A DNA stretch of 28,718 nucleotides from an uncultured archaeon (GTDB lineage: Archaea > Hadarchaeota > Hadarchaeia > Hadarchaeales > WYZ-LMO6). Within the stretch, counting starts at the first letter, position 1. Each line of letters opens with the position of its first letter. The translations under genes and the position numbers were made by a program. Location: assembly GCA_938074535.1 (NCBI GenBank), contig CALJER010000046.1, positions 1 to 28,718 on the forward strand, given 5' to 3'. This document shows, in pieces, positions 7,941 to 16,358 of this stretch. The notes under the pieces are model-generated. The model worked only from the letters and a program-made list of their open reading frames with translations. It was not told where the DNA came from and ran no database searches.

Positions 7941-9767
7941 TTGAGGAATTTGAGAAAGATCCTTCCGGCGGCGCTGGTCGCGGTGCTCCTCCTGGCCGCG
8001 GTTCTCTCCCTCCGCCCCTGGGAGAAGAGGGAGGGGGAGGAGTTTCCCTACACCTTCACCCGCGGCTGGCTGAAGAAGGGCAACGTGTGGGTGTTCGGCC
8101 AGCCCCCGCTGGAGTACCTGCGGGAGGTGGGGGCCACGGGAACGACCTGGTCGGTGTACTTCGGCGGGGTCAACGAGGACGACAGGGGATACGTGAACAA
8201 ACTGCACCGCAGCGGCTTCGTGGTCTGCTCCGGCCCCCCCACCGTGCAGTCGAACACGACCGACAACAAGCGGCTGAAGGAGGAGGCCTGCGAGAGGGAC
8301 ATCTACGGCCGGCCCCTCAGGTTCCTGGGGACGGAGCAGTACGCCATGTGCGGCAACCATCCCCTCTGGAGGGAGTTCCTGATGAGGAGGTTCGAGGAGC
8401 ACGTGGAGGGAGGGGTGGACGCCATCCTGATCGACGAAATAGGGGACACGGGGGGATTCTGCGACCAGTGCATGGCCGTCTTCAACCTCTACCTGGCGGC
8501 GAAGTACACGCCCGAGCAGCTCCGCTCCCTCTTCGGGATAGAGAACCTCCTCTCCTTCAACTACAGGCTCTACCTGCTGGAGCACGGGGCGACCGACTAC
8601 TGGGGGGACCCCAACCAGCTGCTCCAGCTGGAGTACCTTAAGGCCAAGCGCCTGGCGAGAAGGGAGTTCATCGGGGAGCTGGTGCTCCACACCAAGCAAG
8701 TGGCCGGCAGGGAGGTGCTGATGGGCGGGAACCTCTACGGGCTGAATCCCGATCAGCTGATCTACCTGCCCTACCTGGACTTCGTGATCTTCGAGATGCC
8801 CATCACCTCACCCACCCGCTCCCTCACCCTCCCCCTGCCCGGCAAGCACCTCACCACCTACCTGCTGGGGGAGGCCGCGGCACCCGACAAGCCCCTCACG
8901 GGTTTCCCCGACGTGTTCGATCTGGCCGGGCTCTCCGAGGAGGAGTGGTGGCTGTGGAGGTGCTGGCTGGCGGAGGCGCGCTCCTGCGGCGCTTCCTTCC
9001 TCCTCCCCTACCGGGCCTACACCCACGGAGGGGGGGCCTACACCCTCCCGGCCGAGAAGATCTCTCCCTACACCCGCTTCTTCGCCGGGCACCCCCAGTA
9101 CTACGAGAACCTGGAAAGGGTGGCCGCGGTGGCGGTGCTTTACGACCTGCACTCCACCCTGGTCAACCGGTACACCTGGAGGGCCCACCTGGCCAGGGAG
9201 AGCTTCGAAAACGTGGGGCTGGCGCTGCAGGATGCCCACCTCCCCTTCGAGGTGGTGTACAGGGGGGACGGGGAGTTCGTGCAGAAGCCCCTGACGCTGG
9301 AGGAGCTGCGGAGGTACCGCGTGGTGGTGATCCCCAGGTACTACGACCTGGACGAGGAGGCGGAGAACCTGCTCTCCCTCTACTCCTCCCGGGGAGGAAA
9401 GGTCGTGAGGTGCGACGGGCTCTCCAGCGACAGCCTCCTCCTCCCCGCCCTGAGGGGCACGGGGGTGGACCTGGGGGTGGAGACCGACGCCCCCTCCGAC
9501 CTGGGCATGGTGCTCTACAGGAGGGGCGACTCCCTGCTCCTGCACCTGATCAACTACCGGTACGACAGGGGGGCGAGGGACTTCTCCGACCTCACCAACC
9601 TGACCTTCACCCTCACCGTCCCCGAGGGGGTGAGCCTGGAGGGGAAGACCCTGAGGCTGGTGAGCCCCGACGCCCCGGAGCAGGAGCTGGAGTTCAGCAT
9701 GGAGGGGGGCAGGGTGACCTTCACCGTCCCGAGCGTGCACTGCTACTCCGTGGTCTCCTTCGAGTGA
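7941..9767 (+). CDS. Secreted or membrane-anchored glycoside-hydrolase-like protein (barrel domain, GH42-type trimerisation/GATase-like domain, C-terminal beta domain)
   Basis: N-terminal RKILPAALVAVLLLAAVLSL helix; MCGNHPLWREFL, GVDAILIDE, FCDQC; later VAVLYD...LQDAHLPFEVV...LRRYRVVVIP...GGKVV; LLHLINY tail. The start is TTG 7941 or 7950. Family and substrate are not assignable by eye. Confidence 0.65.
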   Translation: MRNLRKILPAALVAVLLLAAVLSLRPWEKREGEEFPYTFTRGWLKKGNVWVFGQPPLEYLREVGATGTTWSVYFGGVNEDDRGYVNKLHRSGFVVCSGPPTVQSNTTDNKRLKEEACERDIYGRPLRFLGTEQYAMCGNHPLWREFLMRRFEEHVEGGVDAILIDEIGDTGGFCDQCMAVFNLYLAAKYTPEQLRSLFGIENLLSFNYRLYLLEHGATDYWGDPNQLLQLEYLKAKRLARREFIGELVLHTKQVAGREVLMGGNLYGLNPDQLIYLPYLDFVIFEMPITSPTRSLTLPLPGKHLTTYLLGEAAAPDKPLTGFPDVFDLAGLSEEEWWLWRCWLAEARSCGASFLLPYRAYTHGGGAYTLPAEKISPYTRFFAGHPQYYENLERVAAVAVLYDLHSTLVNRYTWRAHLARESFENVGLALQDAHLPFEVVYRGDGEFVQKPLTLEELRRYRVVVIPRYYDLDEEAENLLSLYSSRGGKVVRCDGLSSDSLLLPALRGTGVDLGVETDAPSDLGMVLYRRGDSLLLHLINYRYDRGARDFSDLTNLTFTLTVPEGVSLEGKTLRLVSPDAPEQELEFSMEGGRVTFTVPSVHCYSVVSFE

Positions 9768-9825
9768 TCCCCGGCGCTTCCCGCCCCACCGCTTCCGATA
9801 AAGGAAGGGAGGAGGAAGGAGGACG

Positions 9826-10467
9826 ATGGAGCTGGAGGAGTTCAGGCGCGAGATCGTGCGGGGGGGAAGGAGGATGGTGGAGAGGGGGCTGGCCCACGGG
9901 AGCGCGGGGAACCTGAGCCTCAGGATCCCGGGAGAGGAGCTGATAGTGATCTCCCCCAGCCACGTTCCGTACGAGCGCATGGAGCCCGAGCAAGTATCGG
10001 TGGTGGACCTGAAGGGGAACCTGCTGGAGGGGCTGACCCCCTCGACCGAGCTGCCCATGCACCTGGCCGTCTACCGGGCCAGGAAGGAGGTGGGTGCGGT
10101 GGTGCACGCCCACCCGGTCTGCGCCTGCGCCCTGGCCGCCGTGGGGCTGGGGATCCCTCCCTTCCTGGAGGAGGTGGTGGTGCTCTTCGGGGGGGAAGTG
10201 GAGGTGGCGGAGTACGCCCCTCCTGGGAGCGCGGAGCTCGCCGGAAACGTGGTGAGGGCCCTGGGCAGGAAGAACGCCGTCCTCCTCTCCAACCACGGAA
10301 CCCTGTGCTGCGGGCCGGATCTGGACCGGGCGCTGGAGACCTCGGAGGCCCTGGAGAGGACCTGCAGGAGCTACATCCTCTCCCTCCTGCTGGGCGGGCC
10401 CAGGTACCTGCCGGAAGAGGTGGTGAGGCTGCAGAGGGAGCTCTTCGAGGCGCTGGGAGGGCTCTAG
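9826..10467 (+). CDS. Class II aldolase/adducin family protein (L-fuculose-1-phosphate aldolase-like)
   Basis: GSAGNLSLR, ISPS, PSTELPMHLAVY, VVHAHP and LLSNHG metal-binding motifs. Confidence 0.92.
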   Translation: MELEEFRREIVRGGRRMVERGLAHGSAGNLSLRIPGEELIVISPSHVPYERMEPEQVSVVDLKGNLLEGLTPSTELPMHLAVYRARKEVGAVVHAHPVCACALAAVGLGIPPFLEEVVVLFGGEVEVAEYAPPGSAELAGNVVRALGRKNAVLLSNHGTLCCGPDLDRALETSEALERTCRSYILSLLLGGPRYLPEEVVRLQRELFEALGGL

Positions 10468-10883
10468 GCCCTGACCACCCCCAGCCTCGCCAGCAGGAAG
10501 GCCAGCACGAAGCCCAGCACCACCTCCGGGCCTCCCAGGAGGGGGAGCAGCAGGTCGGACCCGAAGGCCCATAGGAGGAGGTCGTGGAGAAAGTCCGTGA
10601 CGAAAGCCGTGCAGAGAACCACGGAGAGGGGGGGCCAGAGCCCCCAGAGCAGGAAGAAGCCCGCGAGCTTGAGGGCCCCGGCGAAGACCACGCCCCAAGT
10701 CCCCCAGTCGGAGAAGAGGCCGGCCCACTCCTCCGTGAGCTCCACGGCCGTTCCCCGGTAGACCACCATGTCCCAGGTGAAGAGCTCGACGAAAACCACG
10801 GAGAGGACGCCCAGGGCGAGGATGGCCCTCTCCACATCGCCCGACCCTGCCCACCTCTCCCGCCACCAGCCGGCCAACCCCAT
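10464..10883 (-). CDS. Hypothetical membrane protein (about 4 TM)
   Basis: Several hydrophobic stretches; fills the gap between flanking genes. The start may lie further downstream (GTG of VERAIL). Confidence 0.6.
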   Translation of the reverse strand: MGLAGWWRERWAGSGDVERAILALGVLSVVFVELFTWDMVVYRGTAVELTEEWAGLFSDWGTWGVVFAGALKLAGFFLLWGLWPPLSVVLCTAFVTDFLHDLLLWAFGSDLLLPLLGGPEVVLGFVLAFLLARLGVVRA

Positions 10884-10969
10884 GCCCTCACCCGAACCGC
10901 GGCACCGGTGGAGCTTTCCTTCCAGAGATGATTCTTATACCTCCCGGGAAAAAGAAAGGGGGGGAATCC

Positions 10970-11689
10970 TTGAGCGAAACAGCCGGCCCGCAGGAGAGAA
11001 AGCGGGGGGAAGTCAAACTGGGGGACGAGGAGTGGGTCCGGAACCAGCGGAACTTCCTGGAGAGGGTGGTGAGGGAGGGGGGGCATGACCCCCTCTCGGT
11101 CGCTGCCTCCGTGCTGAGATGGGGTCAGATGATGGCGGTGGTGCTCCTGGACACGGTGAAGGCGGTGGAAAAAGAGTTTGGGGAGAAGGGACAGGCCCTC
11201 TGCAAAAACGTTTCCTTCGAGCACGGAAGGAAGGTGGGGAGGGAAATCGGCGGGTACCTGCTCCCCCTCCTGCCAGAGAGGATCGACAGGAGCAACCTGA
11301 TCGAGACCTGGCTGAAGATGATCTCCTGGGTGAACAGGAACATCTGGGCCTCCCCGGACGAGATAAAGGTGGTGAACGAGGAGGAGGGCTGCTTCGACAT
11401 CCTCTGGTGTCCGCACCAGGACATCTACACCGCCAGGGACTGCCGGATACAGAGATGGATAGTCTCCGGCATCATGGCGGGGATAGGGGAATCCCTCTTC
11501 GAGGAGCTCGAAAGGAGGTCCTCCGGGGACCCCTCGGAGCTCTTCGAGATAAACCTGGAGGTCACCGACCTCATCCCCAGGGGTGCCAGGACCTGCCACT
11601 TCAGGATCTGGAAGAGGAAGAAGGGGGAGGAGAACGTCTGGGAGAAGCACTCTGAGTACCTCGAAAAAAGGGAAGTGGGCAAGACCTGA
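10970..11689 (+). CDS. Hypothetical protein, ATC-hydrolase/V4R-like fold
   Basis: VEKEFGEKG...FEHGRKVG helix pattern, ILWCP, DC, and C-terminal TDLIPRGARTCHFRI. TTG 10970 chosen because it lies downstream of CTTATA at ~10934-10939. Confidence 0.6.
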   Translation: MSETAGPQERKRGEVKLGDEEWVRNQRNFLERVVREGGHDPLSVAASVLRWGQMMAVVLLDTVKAVEKEFGEKGQALCKNVSFEHGRKVGREIGGYLLPLLPERIDRSNLIETWLKMISWVNRNIWASPDEIKVVNEEEGCFDILWCPHQDIYTARDCRIQRWIVSGIMAGIGESLFEELERRSSGDPSELFEINLEVTDLIPRGARTCHFRIWKRKKGEENVWEKHSEYLEKREVGKT

Positions 11690-11808
11690 GGACAGGCGGC
11701 GTATTATGGACCTCGTGAATTTTGTTTTTCATTCAACCACCAGAACGGGGCCCCTCCCTCTGGTCCAAGTGTATGCGGGGCTGTGGTAATACACCTGAGG
11801 ACAGGCGG
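11684..11808. mobile_element. MITE-like or IS-remnant insertion (~93 bp) with long target-site duplication
   Basis: Exact direct repeat ACCTGAGGACAGGCGG at 11684-11699 and 11793-11808. The enclosed DNA is AT-richer, starts (C)GTATTA and ends TAATAC(A). Confidence 0.55.
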
Positions 11809-11809
11809 A

Positions 11810-12760
11810 TCAACCCTTTGACCGGGATCCGGGGAGGGAGAAATACCCCCGGAAGACCCTCGCACCCCACCTCTCCATCTCCGACGCGATCCTCCTCAGG
11901 TGCTCCTCCCCGGGTGGAGGCAGGTCCCCCAGCGGGTACTCCCTGCCCAGCCTCCCGTACTTGGGGACTCCCAGCGGATGGTAGGCCAGGGGCTCGATCC
12001 CGAGCAGGCTGTCCACCTCCAGGCAGAACTCCACCGCGGCCCTCAGGTTCTCCTCCGAGTCGGTGAGTCCCGGGACGATGGGCACTCTCACCAGCACGGG
12101 GATCCCCATCCTGCCGATCCTCCTGAGGTTCTCCAGGATCAGCCCGTTGGGAGCGCCGGTGAGCTCCTCGTGCCTCCTCCCGTCCATGTGCTTGAGGTCG
12201 TAGAGCACGAGATCCGCGGACCGTACCACCCTGGAAAGGGCCTCCCACTCCCTGCACCCGGCGGTCTCCACCGCCGTATGGATCCCCCGCGCCCGGCACT
12301 CCCTCAGGAGCTCCGAGGCGAACTCCGGCTGGAGGGAGGGCTCCCCCCCGGAGAGCGTGACCCCCCCGCCGGACCTGCGGTAGAAGGGGAGGTCCCTCGC
12401 CGCCGCCTCCACCACTTCCCTCACGCCCAGCCGCTCCCCCACCACCTCCAGCGCGCCTGGGGCGCATGCCCTGACGCACTCCCCACAGCCGTCGCACGCC
12501 GACCTGTCGATCCCTATCTTTCCGTTCCTCCTCTCCAGCGCCCCCCTCGGGCACCTCGGGAGGCAGGAACCGCAGCCGCTGCACCTCTCCTCGAAATACA
12601 TCAGCTCGGGTGCCGCCCTCTGGGACTCGGGATTATCGCACCAGAGGCACCTGAGGGGACACCCCTTGAGGAAGACGGTGGTCCTGAGGCCCGGTCCATC
12701 GTGCGTGCAGCACCTCTGGAGGTCGAACACCAGACCCCTGATCTCCTCCCCGCCTGCCAT
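11810..12760 (-). CDS. Glycyl-radical enzyme activating enzyme (radical SAM with inserted 2x[4Fe-4S] ferredoxin domain)
   Basis: HDGPGLRTTVFLKGCPLRCLWCDNPESQ, CSGCGSCLPRCP, CDGCGECVRACA, GGGVTLSGGEP, HTAVETAG, LYDLKHMD. The real start is ATG 12760, not the track's 14164. Confidence 0.96.
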   Translation of the reverse strand: MAGGEEIRGLVFDLQRCCTHDGPGLRTTVFLKGCPLRCLWCDNPESQRAAPELMYFEERCSGCGSCLPRCPRGALERRNGKIGIDRSACDGCGECVRACAPGALEVVGERLGVREVVEAAARDLPFYRRSGGGVTLSGGEPSLQPEFASELLRECRARGIHTAVETAGCREWEALSRVVRSADLVLYDLKHMDGRRHEELTGAPNGLILENLRRIGRMGIPVLVRVPIVPGLTDSEENLRAAVEFCLEVDSLLGIEPLAYHPLGVPKYGRLGREYPLGDLPPPGEEHLRRIASEMERWGARVFRGYFSLPGSRSKG

Positions 12761-12783
12761 GGGACCGGGCACCTCCGCCGGCC

Positions 12784-15078
12784 CTAGAGGGAAAGGGCCA
12801 CCCTTTTGATGACCAGGTCCTGCAGAACCTCCGGCAGCTCCACGAAGCGGGCGCTGAACCCCGCCACCCTCACCAGCAGATCCCGGTACCTCTCCGGGTG
12901 CTCCTTGGCCTCGAGCAGGATCTCCGGGGAGAGGATGTTGACGTGGAGGTGCAGCCCCCCCATGTCGGTCAGATAGGTCCTGAAGAGGTCGGTGAGGGCC
13001 TCGACCGGCCCGTTCACGGTCAGGGCCAGCGAGGCCGTGTAGGCCCTGGTGTGGTCCAGTTTGGCCGCGGAGGCGAACACCGCCGTCGGACCCGCGCGGA
13101 GGGTGCCGGGGGAGGGGGAGATCCCGTCGGTGAGGGGCTCCCCTCCCCTCCTGCCGTCGGGGGTGGCCGCGGTGCCCAGGCCCAGGTTCACGTTGAAGAT
13201 CAGGGAGTGCAGGCCGGGCGTGAAGGGGCCCGGTTTCTCCGGGTTCCTGTGGCAGAAGTGCCTGTCCACCTCGTCGAAGAAGAGGTTCACCACCTCCGCC
13301 GCCAGGGAGTCCACGTAGGCGTCGTCGTTCCCCCACTTGGGCGCCTCCGCCAGCATGCGCCTCAGCTCCTCGTACCCCTCGAAGTCCCTGCCCAGAGCCT
13401 CCAGAAGCTCCCGCATGGAGATCCTTCCCTCCTCGAAGACCAGCTTCTTGATCGCCGCCAGGGAGTTGGCCACGTTGGCCAGCCCCACCCCGTGCATGCC
13501 GGTCCAGTTGTGCCTCCCCCCTCCCTCCAGGACGTCCTTCCCCCTCTCCATGCAGCCCTCCACGTGCAGGGAGGCGTAGGGCAGGCACATCGTCCCCCTG
13601 ATGGCGGCATCCATGAGCTCGCTCTCCTCCGCCATCGCCTTGACGCAGTGCTCCAGCTGCCTTCGGAAGGCCCCCATGACCTCCTCGAAGGTGGCGAAGC
13701 CCGCCGGGTTCCCCGTGGGCGGGCCTATCCGCCTGCCCGTGAACCTGTCCACCCCGTCGTTCAGGGCCAGCTCCAGGACCTTGGCCAGGTTGAGCCAGCC
13801 GCTGTGGTCCTTCCTGCTGTAGGTGGTGAAGTGCTGGCAGCCGTCCACGCTGTAGGTGCGGGCCTCCTTCAGGGGTATTCCCCACCTCAGGAGGGAGGGG
13901 ATGATGGCCTCGTCGCTGTTGAGCTGCGGCCTGCCCCCGCTCACCCTCATCACCTCCACCGCCCTCCTCAGCAGCTCCCTGGGGGTGCCCCGGTGGACCC
14001 TGAGGCTGACCTGGGGCTTGGGCATGCGCACCTCCTCCAGCGCCTGCAGGAAGAGGTACGTGAGCTCGTTGGTGGCGTCCCTCCCGCTCTCCGTCTGACC
14101 CCCCAGCGTGATGCCCGTCACGTGGGAGTCCAGGTCGAAGGGGGCGTACGTGATCTCGTTGCACTTGAGCAGGAGCTCCTCGACAAGCGCCAGCGCCCCC
14201 TGCCTGGTGAGCCTCCCCTCCTTCAGGTCCCTCAGGTAGTACGGGTAGAGGAGCTGGTCCAGCCTCCCGAAGGAGATGGAGTCTCCTCCCGACTCTATGT
14301 TGGCGATGAGGAAGGCGAACCAGGTGGACTGCAGGGCCTCGCGGAAGGTCCGGGCGGGCTCCCAGGGCACCAGGTCGCAGACCCCGGCTATCTCCTCCAG
14401 CTCCTTACCCCTCTCCCCTTCCGCCTCCTTCGCCTCCTCCCTGGCCTTGGCGGCGTACCTCGAGGAGAAGGTTTTCACGGCGTCGCAGACCAGGAGCGCC
14501 GCCTTATAGAAGAGCTGCCTCCCCAGGCCGCCCGGCTCCTCTGGGTCCACCCTCTCCAGCCGCTCCTCCGCCTCCCTCCTCGCACCGCTGAAGCCCCGCC
14601 CGAGCACCATCGGCAGGTTCACGAGGTAGCGGCCCCTCCTGCTCCCCGGGACCCCCATGTGCCAGTACCAGACGGAGGCCTCCCTCGCGGCGAGGATCCG
14701 CTCGGGGAGCAGGGCCCGGACCATGTCCTGGTAGTTCCTCCCCTCCCAGTAGGAGCTGAGCTCCCGCACCTCACGCTCGGTGTCCTCATCCGGCGCGAAC
14801 CCGGAGCGCACGTAGTTCTCGAACTCGTCCACCCCGAACTCAGGCCACATGGGAACCCCCCTGAGCGAGCTGGCCCAGTGGCCGACGAGGAGCTCCTCCT
14901 CCAGGATCCAGACGCTCATCCCCTCCAGCACGGCCTTCAGGACCTTCGCGGCCCGCAGGATGGGGGGCTCCCCCTCCGTCTTCCTGTAGGCCTCGGTGGC
15001 CAGCCGTGCTCTCTCGGTGCAGAGCCTGGGCTTGGCCTCCAGGTAGCGCTCCCTTAAACGCTCCAGCCTGGGCTCCAT
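12784..15078 (-). CDS. Glycyl radical enzyme (PFL2/dehydratase-like superfamily), substrate unknown
   Basis: ELLVG, SFGRLDQLLYPYY, LGGQT...DATNELT, YSVDGCQH (Cys codon 13837-13839), PKWGNDD, ATPDGR...PLTDGISP, glycyl loop LLVRVAGFSARF (Gly codon 12859-12861). 764 aa from ATG 15078. Confidence 0.95.
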   Translation of the reverse strand: MEPRLERLRERYLEAKPRLCTERARLATEAYRKTEGEPPILRAAKVLKAVLEGMSVWILEEELLVGHWASSLRGVPMWPEFGVDEFENYVRSGFAPDEDTEREVRELSSYWEGRNYQDMVRALLPERILAAREASVWYWHMGVPGSRRGRYLVNLPMVLGRGFSGARREAEERLERVDPEEPGGLGRQLFYKAALLVCDAVKTFSSRYAAKAREEAKEAEGERGKELEEIAGVCDLVPWEPARTFREALQSTWFAFLIANIESGGDSISFGRLDQLLYPYYLRDLKEGRLTRQGALALVEELLLKCNEITYAPFDLDSHVTGITLGGQTESGRDATNELTYLFLQALEEVRMPKPQVSLRVHRGTPRELLRRAVEVMRVSGGRPQLNSDEAIIPSLLRWGIPLKEARTYSVDGCQHFTTYSRKDHSGWLNLAKVLELALNDGVDRFTGRRIGPPTGNPAGFATFEEVMGAFRRQLEHCVKAMAEESELMDAAIRGTMCLPYASLHVEGCMERGKDVLEGGGRHNWTGMHGVGLANVANSLAAIKKLVFEEGRISMRELLEALGRDFEGYEELRRMLAEAPKWGNDDAYVDSLAAEVVNLFFDEVDRHFCHRNPEKPGPFTPGLHSLIFNVNLGLGTAATPDGRRGGEPLTDGISPSPGTLRAGPTAVFASAAKLDHTRAYTASLALTVNGPVEALTDLFRTYLTDMGGLHLHVNILSPEILLEAKEHPERYRDLLVRVAGFSARFVELPEVLQDLVIKRVALSL

Positions 15079-15181
15079 CCCCCTCCTTCCTTTGCCCCCC
15101 TTCCATAAATAGCCGGAGCAGGCCCCTCCGGCGGAAGCCGCGGGCGACGGAGTTAAACCCCGCCGCTCCCCTGCAGGGGAG

Positions 15182-15784
15182 ATGGAGGCCAAGAGGCTGG
15201 AGGCGGCGGTGGGCTCCTGCAGGCGCTGCCGCTTCGTGGACCAGCCCTTCCTCCTGGACCGGGTTTACTCCTGGCTGCCCAGGAAGGTGAGGGTGCTGGC
15301 CGTGGGGGAGTCCCCTCCACCGGGGAGGAAGGCGGGCTCCCTCTACCACCTCGAGGCCTTCGACAGGCTCAGGCTCTCCCTCAGCCTCATCCTGGGGGTG
15401 AGGATGGAGGAGGTGCTGGAGACCCTCAGGCGCCACGGCGTTTTCTTCACGGCGGCGGTGAAGTGCCGTCCACCCGACAGGAAGAGCATCGAGGGGATGA
15501 GGCGGAACTGCGTTTCCCTCCTCCGCGGGGAGCTGGAGGCCCTGCGCCCCCGGAGGGTGGTGGCCATGGGAAGGTTCGCCTCGGCCTCGGTGTGCGAGCT
15601 CCTGGGCCTGTGCCCGCCCGACGACCAGAGGACGCTCTCCTGGACCAGGGCGGGGGAGAGGGAGGTGTTCTTCACCCCCCACCCCAACCACCTCTTCAGG
15701 TTCAGGAGGGAGCTCTGTCCCCTGGTGAGGGAGGTCCTGCTCGGTGGCTCCGATCCCTTCCCACGAAGAGCAGGGGGAAGATGA
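15182..15784 (+). CDS. Uracil-DNA glycosylase superfamily protein (family 4/5-like, four Cys for [4Fe-4S])
   Basis: CRRC, VLAVGESP, FTAAVKCRPP, NC..LLRGEL..LRPRRVVAMGRFA, TPHP. Confidence 0.85.
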   Translation: MEAKRLEAAVGSCRRCRFVDQPFLLDRVYSWLPRKVRVLAVGESPPPGRKAGSLYHLEAFDRLRLSLSLILGVRMEEVLETLRRHGVFFTAAVKCRPPDRKSIEGMRRNCVSLLRGELEALRPRRVVAMGRFASASVCELLGLCPPDDQRTLSWTRAGEREVFFTPHPNHLFRFRRELCPLVREVLLGGSDPFPRRAGGR

Positions 15785-16358
15785 AGTCGCTGGTGCAGCA
15801 GGGGAGCCAGACGGTCAGGAAAAGCAGGAGGAAGAGGGCGGGGAGGAGGGGAAGCCAGCTGGAGGGGGAGCCGAAGGCCGTGAGGTAGAAGGCCGAGGCA
15901 TAGGTGCTCACCAGCACGTGGCCCGAGTGGGGGATCTCCGTTCCAGGCCTGCCCATCCCCAGACCCGCTCCCAGCAGGGAGGCGGAGAGGACCAGCCAGG
16001 GGTGCTCCGCCAGGCAGAGGTGGAGGTGCATGGGGATCCCCATCACCAGGCCGCCCGCGTGGGGGAGGAGGACATCGCTCAGCGTGCAGATCCCCACCGA
16101 CCCGAGGAAGCCCACCGCCAGGGCCTCCCCCCTCCCCCTCCCGTACTTCCCGTAGACGGCCGTGGTCACGAGGGCGCTCAGGAGGAGGTGGAGGGGATGG
16201 AGGAGGTGGAAGAGGCGCTCGTGCTCCCCCCTGGCGAGGGAGCCGGCGGTGAGGGAGAGCAGGAAGACCCCCGTGAGGGCCCCCAGGGCGGTGAAGGGGG
16301 CGTGGTGCCTGAGCTCCCGCAGGATCAGGTCCGCCCTGACCACTATCTCCCCCCGCAC
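15702..16358 (-). CDS. His/Cys-rich multi-TM membrane protein, putative metal permease
   Basis: LRHHAPFT, FHLLHPLHLLLSA, ICTLSD, MHLHLC..EHP, PHSGHVLVS, WLPCCTSD within about 6 hydrophobic segments. It overlaps the end of the upstream DtxR-like gene. The exact start is uncertain. Confidence 0.75.
   Translation of the reverse strand: MRGEIVVRADLILRELRHHAPFTALGALTGVFLLSLTAGSLARGEHERLFHLLHPLHLLLSALVTTAVYGKYGRGRGEALAVGFLGSVGICTLSDVLLPHAGGLVMGIPMHLHLCLAEHPWLVLSASLLGAGLGMGRPGTEIPHSGHVLVSTYASAFYLTAFGSPSSWLPLLPALFLLLFLTVWLPCCTSDFIFPLLFVGRDRSHRAGPPSPGDRAPS

Noticed and set aside
6609-9767. Track ORFs of 696 aa and 1020 aa as long overlapping genes or fusions
   Set aside because: The extensions are antisense shadows of the opposite gene in high-GC DNA. 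Real starts with promoters lie at 7868 (-) and ~7941 (+).
11684-11808. Direct repeat as a mini CRISPR array
   Set aside because: Only two copies, a 16-bp repeat with a 93-bp spacer, and no cas genes; sizes do not fit.
12761-14164. 784-aa activase with a long N-terminal extension overlapping the GRE
   Set aside because: The extension is a Gly/Arg/Pro-rich off-frame read of the GRE gene; family homology starts at ATG 12760.
12898-15057. 719-aa + strand ORF and similar long antisense ORFs (3527-4564, 4737-5912, 9920-11650)
   Set aside because: They mirror well-supported genes, have no motifs, and are expected from GC-biased codon usage.
12784-15078. Calling the GRE pyruvate formate-lyase or an alkyl/benzylsuccinate synthase
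   Set aside because: It lacks the PFL Cys-Cys pair and the CMSP-type loop, and no small accessory subunits are adjacent.
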